Source: Macrostomum lignano (lineage: Eukaryota). Taken from it: a stretch of DNA of 64,000 nucleotides. Position numbers and translations under genes: made by a program. The DNA is taken from NCBI GenBank assembly GCA_002269645.1, contig NIVC01000975.1, forward strand, positions 62,001-126,000, in the 5' to 3' direction. A model generated the notes under the pieces. It did no database searches. It was not told the origin of the DNA and saw only the letters and a program-made list of their open reading frames with translations. This document shows positions 12,101 to 53,953 of the stretch, in pieces (within the stretch, counting starts at the first letter, position 1; each line of letters starts with the position of its first letter).

Positions 12101-15100
12101 TGCCCCTCTAATCCCCTCTCTCTCCGCCCCTGTTATCCCCTCCCTGCCCCTCTAATCCACCTCTCTCTCCGCCCCTGTTATCCCCTCCCTGCCCCTCTAA
12201 TCCCCTCTCTCTCCGCCCCTGTTATCCCCTCCCTGCCCCTCTAATCCACCTCTCTCTCCGCCCCTGTTATCCCTTCCCTGCCCCTCTAATCCCCTCTCTC
12301 TCCGCCCCTGTTATCCCCTCCCTGCCCCTCTAATCCACCTCTCTCTCCGCCCCTGTTATCCCTTCCCTGCCCCTCTAATCCCTTTCTCTCCGCCCCTGTT
12401 ATCCCCTCTCAGCTCCTGTTATCCCCTCTAAGCCCCCTGGTATCCCCTCTCCGCTCCCTGTTATCCTCTTTCTTTGATTCCTGTTATCCTCTCTCTCCGT
12501 CCCCTTTATCCCCTCTCCGTCCCCTGTTATCCCCTTTCCGCCCAGGTTATCCTCTCTTCGCCCCTGTTAATCCCTCTCTGCCCCTGTTATCCCCTCTCCG
12601 CCCCCTGTTCTCCCCTCTCCACCCCTCCGCCCCCTGTTATCCCCTCTTCGCCTCCTGTTAACTCCTATCCATTCCCCTTTCTCCATTTCCACCTCTCTTC
12701 TACCTTCTTCGCCACTTTTGTTCCCTTTCAGCTTTTTTAACCTATTAACCTATGTGTAAAGCTGTTTTCGCTACATATCGGCATTGCACTTACTTTCCAT
12801 TTCATTTCGCAGGCTGGCCTACGCGTTGGCGACGAGATCCTGTCAGTGAACGGCGAATCCCTACTGGACAAAAGCCACTCCGAGGCGGTCGCCCGTCTGA
12901 AATGTTCGCCGCCTCGCCTATCGCTAACCATTCGCCGTGTAGGCAAGCTGCCCTACGCCAAGTCTACTTTTGCTAATTCTCTATTCTCCCAGGCCACAGC
13001 CGGCGGCGGTTCCGGGTCTAACAATGGGCGCTGGCGTTCGGAGCCGAGTCTGCTGCTGCAAGACCGGAGTCTGGCTAGCATGATGGAGCAGCAGCAGCAG
13101 GAGCCGCATATTGCCGGTTTAGTTGCCGAGCTGACTAACGAGATTGTGTCACCCGAGCAGGCCGGCAGTCTGGTGTACTATCTAGAAGAGTACAAACGCG
13201 GTGAAGTCGATGTCAGAGGTTTAGTATTGGCTCTGCGCCACCTGCTGTTGGATCCGCCTAGAGCTCATCCCCATCTCAGACCGCTGCTCAGGCCGGCAGA
13301 CCGACCTACCTACGACAGGCTGTTTCAAACTTACGAAGCCGATGCGGACACTGATAATCAATATTTGACTTATTTCCCGCCGGAGGAATCCTCCGATACT
13401 GACAATGGCGGCGGCGGCCGCGGTTCTCGAGCTGGTCGATTTGCTAAGAAGCGTCGCGCTGTCTATAGCAATAGTCCTCAGGCTGGCCCTGGCAACAACC
13501 ACGGCATTGAGGAGGCTATACGGCAGCTTAACGATAGTCTAATCATGTCTAACGATCGTAATAGAGATGGCAAAGATGGCGGTAGGACTCTGCCGCAGCC
13601 TGGCAGCGACGATAGCGGAGTGGAGCTGCTCATTAACACCATCCCGGTTGAGCCGGAGGAGGACTTCGACGGAGTTGATGGCGGCGCCGGCGGCGACAAC
13701 GAAGGCGTCGTGTTGGTCGCCTCAGAGGACGACGAAGTTGACAGACCGGAGCGGAGAAGGTTTGAATCTTTTTGCTTGCGTTTTTCCGATCCCTTCCGGC
13801 ACTCCCTCCCGCTTCTCTCCCTCCGCTTCTCTCCCTCCGCTTCTCTCCTTCCGCTTCTCTCCTTCCGCTTCTCTCCTTCCGCTTCTCTCCTTCCGCTTCT
13901 CTCCCTCCGCTTCTCTCCTTCCGCTTCTCTCCCTCCCGCTTCTCTCCCTCTCGCTTCTCTCCCGCCCGCTTCTGTCAGTCCCGCTTCTCTCCCTCCCGCT
14001 TCTCTCCCGCTTCTCTCCCTCCCGCTCTCCCTCCCGCTTCTCTCCCTCTCGCTTCTCCCGCCCGCTTCTCTCCCTCCCGCTTCTGTCAGTCCCGCTTCTC
14101 TCCCTCCCGCTTCTCTCCCTCCCGCTTCTCTCCCTCTCGCTTCTCTCCCGCCCGCTTCTGTCAGTCCCGCTTCTCTCCCTCCCGCTTCTCTCCCGCTTCT
14201 CTCCCTCCCGCTCTCCCTCCCGCTTCTCTCCCTCCCGCTTCTCTCAGTCCCGCTTCTCTCCCTCCCGCTTCTGTCAGTCCCACTTCTCTCCCTCCCGCTT
14301 CTCTCCCTCTCGCTTCTCTCCCTCTCGCTTCTCTCCCTCTCGCTTCTCTCCCTCTCGCTTCTCTCCCGCCCGCTTCTGTCAGTCCCGCTTCTCTCCCTCC
14401 CGCTTCTCTCCCGCTTCTCTCCCTCCCGCTCTCCCTACCGCTTCTCTCCCTCCCGCTTCTCTCCCTCCCGCTTCTCTCCCTCCCGCTCTCCCTCCCGCTT
14501 CTCTCCCGCTTCTCTCTCGCTTCTCTCCCTCTCGCTTCTCTCCCGCCCGCTTCTCTCCCCCCCGCTCTCCCGCCCGCTTCTCTCCCTCCCGCTTCTGTCA
14601 GTTCCGCTTCTCTCCCTCCCGCTTCTCTCCCGCTTCTCTCCCTCCCGCTCTCCCTCCCGCTTCTCTCCCTCCCGCTCTCCCTCCCGCTTCTGTCCCTCTC
14701 GCTTCTCCCGCCCGCTTCTCTCCCTCCCGCTTCTGTCAGTCCCGCTTCTCTCCCTCCCGCTTCTCTCCCTCCCGCTTCTCTCCCGCTTCTCTCCCTCCCG
14801 CTTCTCTCCCGCTTCTCTCCCGCTTCTCTCCCGCTTCTCTCCCGCTTCTCTCCCTCTCGCTTCTCTCCCTCTCGCTTCTTTCCCGCCCGCTTCTCTCCCT
14901 CTCGCTTCTCTCCCTCCCGCTTCTCTCCCTCTCGCTTCTCTCCCTCCCGCTTCTGTCAGTCCCGCTTCTGTCCCCCCCGCTTGTGTTCCATTTCCTGCAT
15001 AAACAAACCTTCCCAGTTCAAATGCACAACCGCAAAACAGTTCAATCTCTTCTGATTTTCTTCTCTATTTTTCACTTTTGTATTTAAAGCCAATAAAGGT

Positions 15101-18100
15101 ATAAAACATATGAAATAGTTCGTACATACGCTCGTATTTGGTATTTTTCGCCTACTTACAAGTAGCACTGCAAGCAAATTATTATGCAAAATATTGTGCA
15201 ATAACCAGCTAAATCGAATATTATTCGCATTGAATTTCAGTCGCAGAAATCTGGCGTCGCGCAGCGGATCCGTTCTGCCGTCGGGTCGACGCTACGACGA
15301 TACGGACACGACGCCGGTTAAACAGCAGGCTAGGACCATGGTGAGCTGCTGGCGTGTATGGGATCTGGGATCTGGGATCTAGGATCTGGGATCTAGGATC
15401 TAGGATCTAGGATCTGGGATCTAGGATCTGGGATCTAGGATCTGGGATCTAGGATCTGGGATCTAGGATCTGGGATCTAGGATCTGGGATCTAGGATCTG
15501 GGATCTAGGATCTGGGATCTAGGATCTGGGATCTAGGATCTGGGATCTAGGATCTGGGATCTAGGATCTGGGATCTGGGATCTGGGATCTAGGATCTGGG
15601 ATCTAGGATCTGGGATCTAGGATCTGGGATCTAGGATCTGGGATCTAGGATCTGGGATCTAGGATCTGGGATCTAGGATCTGGGATCTAGGATCTGGGAT
15701 CTAGGATCTAGGATCTAGGATCTGGGATCTAGGATCTGGGATCTAGGATCTGGGATCTAGGATCTGGGATCTAGGATCTGGGATCTAGGATCTGGGATCT
15801 AGGATCTGGGATCTAGGATCTGGGATCTAGGATCTGGGATCTAGGATCTGGGATCTAGGATCTGGGATCTAGGATCTGGGATCTAGGATCTGGGATCTAG
15901 TATCTGGGATCTAGGATCTGGGATCTAGGATCTGGGATCTAGGATCTGGGATCTAGGATCTGGGATCTAGGATCTGGGATCTAGGATCTGGGATCTAGGA
16001 TCTGGGATCTAGGATCTGGGATCTAGGATCTGGGATCTAGGATCTGGGATCTAGGATCTGGGATCTAGGATCTGGGATCTAGGATCTGGGATCTAGGATC
16101 TGGGATCTAGGATCTGGGATCTAGGATCTGGGATCTAGGATCTGGGATCTAGGATCTGGGATCTAGGATCTGGGATCTAGGATCTGGGATCTAGGATCTG
16201 GGATCTAGGATCTGGGATCTAGGATCTGGGATCTAGAATCTGGGATCTAGGATCTGGGATCTAGGATCTGGGATCTAGGATCTGGGATCTAGGATCTGGG
16301 ATCTAGGATCTGGGATCTAGGATCTGGGATCTAGGATCTGGGATCTAGGATCTGGGATCTAGGATCTGGGATCTAGGATCTGGGATCTAGGATCTGGGAT
16401 CTAGGATCTGGGATCTAGGATCTGGGATCTAGGATCTGGGATCTAGGATCTGGGATCTAGGATCTGGGATCTAGGATCTGGGATCTGGGATCTGGGATCT
16501 AGGATCTGGGATCTGGGATCTAGGATCTGGGATCTAGGATCTGGGATCTAGGATCTGGGATCTAGGATCTGGGATCTAGGATCTGGGATCTGGGATCTAG
16601 GATTTAGGATCTGGGATCTGGGATCTGGGATCTGGGATCTAGGATCTGGGATCTGGGATCTAGGATCTGGGATCTAGGATCTGGGATTTGGGATCTGGGA
16701 TCTGGGATCTAGAATCTAGGATCTGGGATCTAGGATCTAGGATCTAGGATCTAGGATCTGGGATCTAGGATCTGGGATCTAGGATCTAGGATTTGGGATC
16801 TGGGATCTGGGATCTAGGATCTGGGATCTGGCATCTAGGATCTGGGATCTAGGATCTGGGATCTAGGATCTGGGATCTAGGATCTGGGATCTAGGATCTG
16901 GGATCTAGGATCTGGGATCTAGGATCTGGGATCTAGGATCTGGGATCTAGGATCTGGGATCTAGGATCTGGGATCTAGGATCTGGGATCTAGGATCTGGG
17001 ATCTAGGATCTGGGATCTAGGATCTGGGATCTAGGATCTGGGATCTAGGATCTGGGATCTAGGATCTGGGATCTAGGATCTGGGATCTAGGATCTGGGAT
17101 CTAGGATCTGGGATCTAGGATCTGGGATCTAGGATCTGGGATCTAGGATCTGGGATCTAGGATCTGGGATCTAGGATCTGGGATCTAGGATCTGGGATCT
17201 AGGATCTGGGATCTAGGATCTGGGATTTGGGATCTAGGATTTGGGATCTAGAATCTAGAATCTGGGATCTAGGATCTAGGATCTAGGATCTGGGATCTAG
17301 GATCTAGGATTTGGGATCTGGGATCTAGGATCTAGGATCTGGGATCTAGGATCTAGGATCTAGGATCTAGGATCTAGGATCTGGGATCTAGGATTTGGGA
17401 TCTAGGATTTGGGATCTAGAATCTAGGATCTGGGATCTAGGATCTAGGATCTGGGATCTAGAATTTAAGATTATAGTATATTGAATCGAAGTCGTGGCAT
17501 TTATTGGAATTCAGTTTAAGTGCAGATGGAATGTCACTTGTTTTAAGTAAAGGCTAGCGCTGTATTGTCAGGTGACACCTCAATTATTTTGTTTTTCACC
17601 TATCTCTTTGTTTTTGCCGCACCAGCCATGAATTATCGTTAATCTGCTTGCATCCTCAGTTGCTGATCGTACGTCCCCTCTAATCAACATATTTTGTCCG
17701 CTTCAACCGACTGGCTATACTGGCTTAGGGATCTCCTCAGTCAGTTCTCTCTTGCCCTTTTAGAGCCAGGCCTCACCTCACCTGCGAGTGGAGAAGGGAG
17801 AAGGGTAGCAGCGGGGATGAAGTGGAACAGATGGGAGGCGGGGGCGAGGTAGGGAGACTAAGTCACAGTCCACCCCTGTGTAGATGGAGGTAAGGATTTT
17901 TATCGCGATAAAACAGGGCGTGGCCCATTAGTTTTATATTAGCACTCAAAAAGCCTGCGCAGATGAAGATGGCCAAACGCAAATTGTTGCTGTCAACATT
18001 TCAGCACGATTCTGGCACGGACACCGGTTTCGGCAACGATGCCCGACATTTCGGTATCGACGCTTCGACAATCACGGAGCCGGTCAGTGCTGGCGTGCGA

Positions 18101-20211
18101 AAGACTCAGCCGACTCTGGGCTTGGCTATCGAGGGCGGGGCGAACACGAGACAGACTCTGCCGAGAATTATCAATGTGCAGGTGAGTTTAGAGTTGTTTA
18201 AGCAATTGACAGCTGAAATTTGAGTCACCGAACTCATGGACCCCAAATTATAGTCTTTACCCTTTACCCTCCCAGATCCTCAGATTCCAGTCCCTACCCT
18301 CCCGGATCCTCAGATTCTAGTCCTTACTAGTCCAGGCCAGGATTCCATATTTTCAGTTGCTGTGCCAGCCTCCCAAATCCTCAGTTGCTGTGCCAGCCTC
18401 CCAACTCCTCAGTTGCTGTGCCAGCCTCCCAGATCCTCAGTTGCTGTGCCAGCCTCCCAGATCATCAGTTGCTGGGCCAGCCTCCCAAATCCTCAGTTGC
18501 TGGGCTAGCCTCCCAGATCCAGATCCAGATTAGGGTAAGGACTAGAGTCTGAGGATCTGGAAGGGTAGGGACTAGAATCTGAGGAGCTGGAAGGGTAGGG
18601 ACTAGAATCTGAGGATCTGGAAGGGTAGGGACTAGAATCTGAGGAGCTGGAAGGGTAGGGACTAGAATTTAAGGATCTGGGAGGGTAGGGACTAGAATCT
18701 AAGGATCTGGAAGGGTAGGGACTAGAATCTGAGGATCTGGAAGGGTAGGGACTAGAATCTGAGGATCTGGAAGGGTAGGGACTAGAATCTGAGGAGCTGG
18801 AAGGGTAGGGACTAGAATCTGAGGAGCTGGAAGGGTAGGGACTAGAATCTAAGGATCTGGGAGGGTAGGGACTAGAATCTGAGGATCTGGAAGGGTAGGG
18901 ACTAGAATCTGAGGATCTTGGAGGGTAGGGACTAGAATCTAAGGATCTGGAAGGGTAGGGACTGGAATCTGAGGAGCTGGAAGGGTAGGGACTAGAATCT
19001 AAGGATCTGGGAGGGTAGGGACTAGAATCTGAGGAGCTGGAAGGGTAGGGACTGGAATCTGAGGATCTGGGAGGGTAGGGACTGGAATCTAAGGATCTGG
19101 GAGGGTAGGGACTAGAATCTGAGGATCTTTTTGATTTGAACATCAGATATTCGATAGCTTAGAACTGTCATATAATAAGGTTTTCCGGATTAATAGAAAT
19201 ATTGTATTCTTCCTTTAACTGTATTTTGCTGTTTTTAATACGAATCAAATTATTTGAAATCTGGAAAATGCATCGTTATACATTAGTAATTAAAAAACGC
19301 AATGCTTCGCTTTGGCCTCGCTCAGCTGCCTGAGCAGGGCTCCTTAATAGTGCAGGGCCCGCATGACGCTCGCACTGCGGTGATCTCAGCCCCAGTGACC
19401 AAAGTGATAGCCGTGGCCAAGACCCGGCCAAATAGGCTTGGCATGTCCATTCAGGGCGGCGCTGATACGCCAAGCTGCTATTTCCCAAGGCTGGCGGCTA
19501 TTGAGGTTTGAATGCGGTTTACTTTCAGTATATTGATGATTGTATTTTAATATTGGCTAATGGAGAATAGCGCCTCGGATCCGTCTGGTGTTTTTTGTTC
19601 TTTTGTCTAATAGGTAATAGGTCTACTTTTTTGTTTGGTGATATATTCTAAAAAGATTAATAACATATTGTTTTTATGGTGATTTATTTGATGACGTCAG
19701 AATTGCACTGTAAAATTTATGATTTTTATAGGTATAAATAAAAAAATATAGTTTATAACATCTCGTACTTTCCATTTACATCATTAGGCTAATTAATATG
19801 TAAAATGGTGCATGTTTTTAACGTTAAGTGAACTTTTTGACGATAAAATTTCTTACTTTCTACTTATATCAGTAGTCTAATTAATATGCAAAATGGTGCA
19901 TGTTTTCAACGTTTAGTGAAGTTTTTGGTGATAAATTTCGTACTTTCTACCTATATCAGTAGGCTAATTTGAACATTCGGTTTATTTTTCTATGAGAATC
20001 TAAAATTTTATAAATAAAAAATTTTCAGCCTGGTGGCAGCGCCTACGACTGCGCCGAGCTACGCGCTGGTCAAGTGATTTTGGCTGTTGACGGCCTGCCA
20101 ATGAAAGGCTTGGAGCATAAGCAAGCTGCCAGGGCCATTGCTGAAGCCTTTCGCAGCTCTCGGCCTGTTATGCAACTCACTGTGGCTGAATTGCGGCCAG
20201 CGCCTGTTTAA
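9141..20211 (+). CDS. WHRN: Whirlin-like scaffold (HHD1-PDZ1-PDZ2-HHD2-PDZ3), ~816 or ~803 aa
   Basis: Exons 9141-9585, 9904-10157, 11377-11679, 12813-13759, 15241-15340, [17963-18181 or 19326-19505], 20029-20211 join in frame with GT-AG. PDZ loops GFGFSLRGG, PLGVSVRGG and TLGLAIEGG/RLGMSIQGG, plus two harmonin-homology-like helical regions. This domain order is that of whirlin/dyschronic. Confidence 0.8.
9640..9866. repeat. ctatcacatctacagagtag-type minisatellite (whirlin intron 1)
   Basis: Tandem imperfect copies. Confidence 0.85.
10255..10975. repeat. Polypyrimidine satellite (cttcccctctct)n, whirlin intron 2
   Basis: ~720 bp almost purely C/T on the plus strand. Confidence 0.95.
11760..12660. 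repeat. 44-45 bp C-rich minisatellite, whirlin intron 3
   Basis: ctccgcccctgttatcccctccctgcccctctaatcc tandem copies. Confidence 0.9.
13795..14975. repeat. C/T-rich satellite (cttctctccctcccg)n, whirlin intron 4
   Basis: Seen directly. It accounts for the long low-complexity ORFs over 13567-15087. Confidence 0.95.
15360..17465. repeat. 2.1-kb (ggatctgggatcta)n array, 7/14-bp period, whirlin intron 5
   Basis: Highly homogeneous tandem array. Confidence 0.97.
18270..19128. repeat. Composite minisatellite: 30-bp and 28-bp units (+, 18270-18525), then an inverted array of the 30-bp unit (18531-19128)
   Basis: cctcagattccagtccctaccctcccagat versus gggtagggactagaatctgaggatctggaa. Confidence 0.9.
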
Positions 20212-20984
20212 ACAGATTTTTATTATAACTACTGTTTGCTACTGTCGTTAGTAGTATAATGATGGCTGTAATATTTTTTGCTATTTTGCGTTTGCGTTTT
20301 TAAATTCATTTCTTATGCTCAATTGAGGTGAACAGGTCCATGTCTTAACTGTTTGACTACTATATGCAGAATATATTATTATTTTGCTTTAATTGTCTCT
20401 AGTCTACTAGTAGTAGGCTTCACGCGCATTCCTCTATTTTTTATATAATATTTTTATGTATCATTTGTTAGCTTTTCTAGTCACTTCTTTACTGAATTTC
20501 ATTCCCAGTATCAAAATAGCATATTGTGCCAGAACATTTACTGATGTGTATCCAGATTGCTATTGTTTCTTTTTCACTTTCCTTGAATTTGCGCTACTTT
20601 TCGTATGCTTATTGTCTTATATTAATTTCACCGGGTAGTGGCATAATGTTTTGTTTTATTAATGCGGTTAAATTGCATGCCTAAGGCAGCTGCTTATGCT
20701 TGCGTACCCCTGTCATTATATTATAGTGTTCGTCTGGGATGGCGGGCTTATTGTCAAAATTTCTTTGTACATTGCCTGAATTTTAAGTTTTATGCTGTGC
20801 ATAGTGTCTTCGAGTTCAATGGGTTGATTCAATTTAATATATTTATGGTTTTTTATTTCTCCTTAGCCCAACAAAAATTGATAAATCTCTGAAGAATTAT
20901 AGCCTATGAAAATTGCGTTTTAAAATTTATAAACATTACATTGAGGCAATTTCAATAGATGCCTGTAAATTTGTTAAAAAATTC

Positions 20985-21218
20985 TGCTTGCAGAAGACTT
21001 TGAAAACATTTCTGCTTGCAGAAGACTCTGAAAACATTTCTGCTTGCGGAAGACTGAAAACATTTCTGCTTGCGGAAGACTCTGAAAACATTTCTGCTTG
21101 CAGAAGACTGAAAACATTTCTGCTTGCAGAAGACTCTGAAAACATTTCTGCTTGCGGAAGACTCTGAAAACATTTCTGCTTGCAGAAGACTCTGAAAACA
21201 TTTCTGCTTGCAGAAAAC
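20985..21218. repeat. ~28-bp array (gaaaacatttctgcttgcagaagactct) upstream of the IP3R start
   Basis: Tandem copies. Confidence 0.9.
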
Positions 21219-21429
21219 TTAAATTTATTTCTTCCCTCTTCTAGTCATTTGTCATGACTAGAAAAAATGCGGTTTAAAAATATTTGTTTGAAATTCTTTG
21301 CTGTCACTCATTTGAAATTATTATATTGTTGATAATTGGAATTTAAGAGTCAGTTGTGAAGAAATGCTTCTTTTCAAAAATTCATGCTAGCAACCAAGGT
21401 CTGAGCGGATCTAGAATTTAAAGTTCACA

Positions 21430-48058
<26,629 letters not shown>

Positions 48059-48214
48059 CTTGGCTGGCGCTTATTTAGCTTAGCTAGCTGTATAGGAGTT
48101 TGCTGGGACTCGTTCAGAATCTGCTAGTTTTGGAAATAGTAGCAGTTTTGACAAATTTGCTAGTAGTTTGTGAAGTCGGTAGCTTTAAAAAATTGGTTAA
48201 TCTGGTAGTTTTGG

Positions 48215-48610
48215 GAATTCAGTAGCTTTGAGAATTCAGTAGCTTTGAGAATTCAGTAGTTTTGAAAATTCAGTAGTTTTGAGAATTTGGTAGCTTTGAG
48301 AATTCGGTAGCTTTGAGAATTCAGTAGTTTTTTAAGAATTCGGTAGCTTTGAGAATTCGGTAGCTTTGAGAATTCAGTAGTTTTTTAAGAATTTGGTAGC
48401 TTTGAGAATTCGGTAGTTTTGAGAATTTGGTAGCTTTGAGAATTCAGTAGTTTTGAGAATATGGTAGCTTTGAGAATTCGGTAGCTTTGAGAATTCAGTA
48501 GTTTTGAGAATTCGGTAGCTTTGAGAATTCGGTAGCTTTGAGAATTCAGTAGTTTTTTAGAATTCGGTAGCTTTGAGAATACGGTAGTTTTGAGAATTTG
48601 TTAGTTTTGA
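48215..48610. repeat. 17-18 bp array (gagaattcagtagcttt) downstream of the ITPR stop
   Basis: Seen directly. Confidence 0.9.
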
Positions 48611-49284
48611 AAAGTTTTTACTCTTGAGAATTTAGTAACTTGTAGAACTTCATGATTTTGAGAAGTTGGTAGTTTTTACCCGAGGTCATTTTTGGAAACA
48701 AGGTTAGTTTCTTTAAGAATCTGGTAGCTTTTACATGTAGGAACGGGGACAGTCTTGCTTCATTGCAAATTTGTTTGTTTTGTCATCCTAACATTAAGAA
48801 CCATTGTGCCTGCTTGAAAATCTGCTTTGAAGAAGTTCATTAGATCGATGATTGAAGCATTCCATTTTGATTTGTGTATTTTCTTGTTATTAAAGCTCCT
48901 TGTGACTAGCGGAGCGATGCGATTTAGTCCACTTCCATTATACTAAATTATATTTAAACTTCAGATTTATAAATATGTATATTCTTCTTTAAGCTTCTGT
49001 TCCGGCTTTTATTGCCAGTGCTTTAATATAATATACAGAGCTTATATATTTCTACTGAATTAATGTTCTTACGGATTCATATGTGCGCAATGAAAACTAC
49101 TAAATCATATATTACTACTTCATAGTAAAATTGTCTTCTTGGATAACTAATTCCTTAATTACTGTTTCGTACTGTTCAATTAATTTGGCCTAATACTAAG
49201 ATTAAATTCTATTCAGTTCTTTTTGAAACTTTAGTCTTGGATTTAGGGACATTCTCTTATTAAAAATTGAAAAATGCGAAATTT

Positions 49285-49810
49285 AGAGATGAGAAACTCC
49301 CCCATTATGAGAGAAGAAGAAATTCCCCCCATTATGAGAGGGATGAGAAATTTCCCCATCATGAGAGGAATGAGAAAGTCCCCCACTATGAGAGGTGTGA
49401 GAAATTCCCCCATTATGAGAGAGATGAGAAATCCCCCCATTATGAGAGGTGTGAAAAATTCCCTCATGAGAGGGATAATAAATTCCCCCATAATGAGAGG
49501 GATAAGAAATTCCCCCATTTTGAGAGGGGTGAAAAAATCCCTCATGAGAGGGATAAGAAATTCCCCCATTATGAGGGGGATGAGAAATTCCCTCATCATG
49601 AGAGGGATGAGAAGTTCCCCCATTATGAGAGGTGTGAGAAATTCCCTCATTATGAGAAGGGTGAGAAATTCCCCCATTATGAGAGGTGTGAGAAATTCTC
49701 CTATTTTGAGAGGGATGAGAAATTCTCCTATTTTGAGAGGGATGAGAAATTCTCCTATTTTGAGAGGGATGTGAAATTCCCCCGTTATGAGTGGGATTAG
49801 AAATTCCCCC
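49285..49810. repeat. ~27-bp array (gagaaattcccccattatgagagggat) upstream of ENOX
   Basis: Seen directly. It keeps several frames open. Confidence 0.9.
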
Positions 49811-50018
49811 ACATTGAGTTGATGAGAACTTGTCCCATGGAGAATCGCAAGACTAGGGGAGCATTCATAACTGATGATGAACAGCATTCATAACCTGTTC
49901 AGAAATTTTTATGGATTTGTGCCTAGGGATTAATGGGTCCGTTTATCAATAAGAGAAAACCTTTCTATTAACCTGGATCCATAATTTATAAATAATCATC
50001 ACCATATTTGCTTCAGTC

Positions 50019-53173
<3,155 letters not shown>

Positions 53174-53539
53174 CTCTGCTGGCAACTGAAAATGATAACC
53201 TTTTTTGTCATTATCCGTCCGGAAACAAACATTTGCTGTAAATTTCTTGCGTCGTCTTCTTTTTTTATACTGCCATCTATTCTAGTCTAGTCCACTATTT
53301 TCAAGCATTTCTAAACCATTTATGTTTTTTTCTAGAAAATGCCTTTTATCCTTCGCAATAAGCTGTCAACTGAAAAATAACTTTTTATTAAGCGTTATCT
53401 GTGAAATTTCTTGAAATCTATATACTTTTCTTTATTCCTAACTTTATTTATGAAAATATATATGCGGTGGTTATGCATTACTGCTGCATATTCATTTCGT
53501 TGTTTATTTTCGATATAAAAGAAACAGAAAGTGGAGGGG

Positions 53540-53820
53540 TAGGCTCCCTGGGGGCGGGTAGAATCCCTGGGGGCGGGTTAGGCTCCCTGGGGCCGGGTAG
53601 GCTCCCTGGAGGCGGGTAGGATCCCTGGGGGCGGGTAGGATCCCTGGGGGTGGTGTAGGATCCATCGGGATTGGTGTAGAATCCATCGGGGGTGGTGTAG
53701 GATCCATCGGGAGGGGGTTAGGATCCACCGGGAGTGGTGTAGGATCCATCGGGAGTGGTGTAGGATCCATTAGGCAGGTAAGATCCCTGGGGGCGGGTAG
53801 GCTCCCTGGGGGGCAGCTAG
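53540..53820. repeat. G-rich 20-21 bp array between ENOX and CPSF2
   Basis: gggggcgggtaggatccct / ggtgtaggatccatcgg units. Confidence 0.88.
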
Positions 53821-53953
53821 GACCCATGGAAGGTGCAGGTACCAGTCTACTTTAGTAGCCGGAGTGTGAAAATAATTCTCAATTCTACGTATCCGCGGTG
53901 CAACTGGATAAATTGCATGCTTATTAAGAGGTTGTCCAGCCTGACCGGTCACT

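Noticed and set aside
13567-15087. 400-700 aa ORFs continuing past 13759
   Set aside because: Read-through into a stop-free C/T satellite. The donor at 13760 and acceptor at 15240 give a clean in-frame join.
49243-49887. Three overlapping 166-214 aa ORFs (HYERDEKFP, MRNSPIMRG repeats)
   Set aside because: A 27-bp tandem unit keeps frames open on both strands. There is no independent coding evidence.
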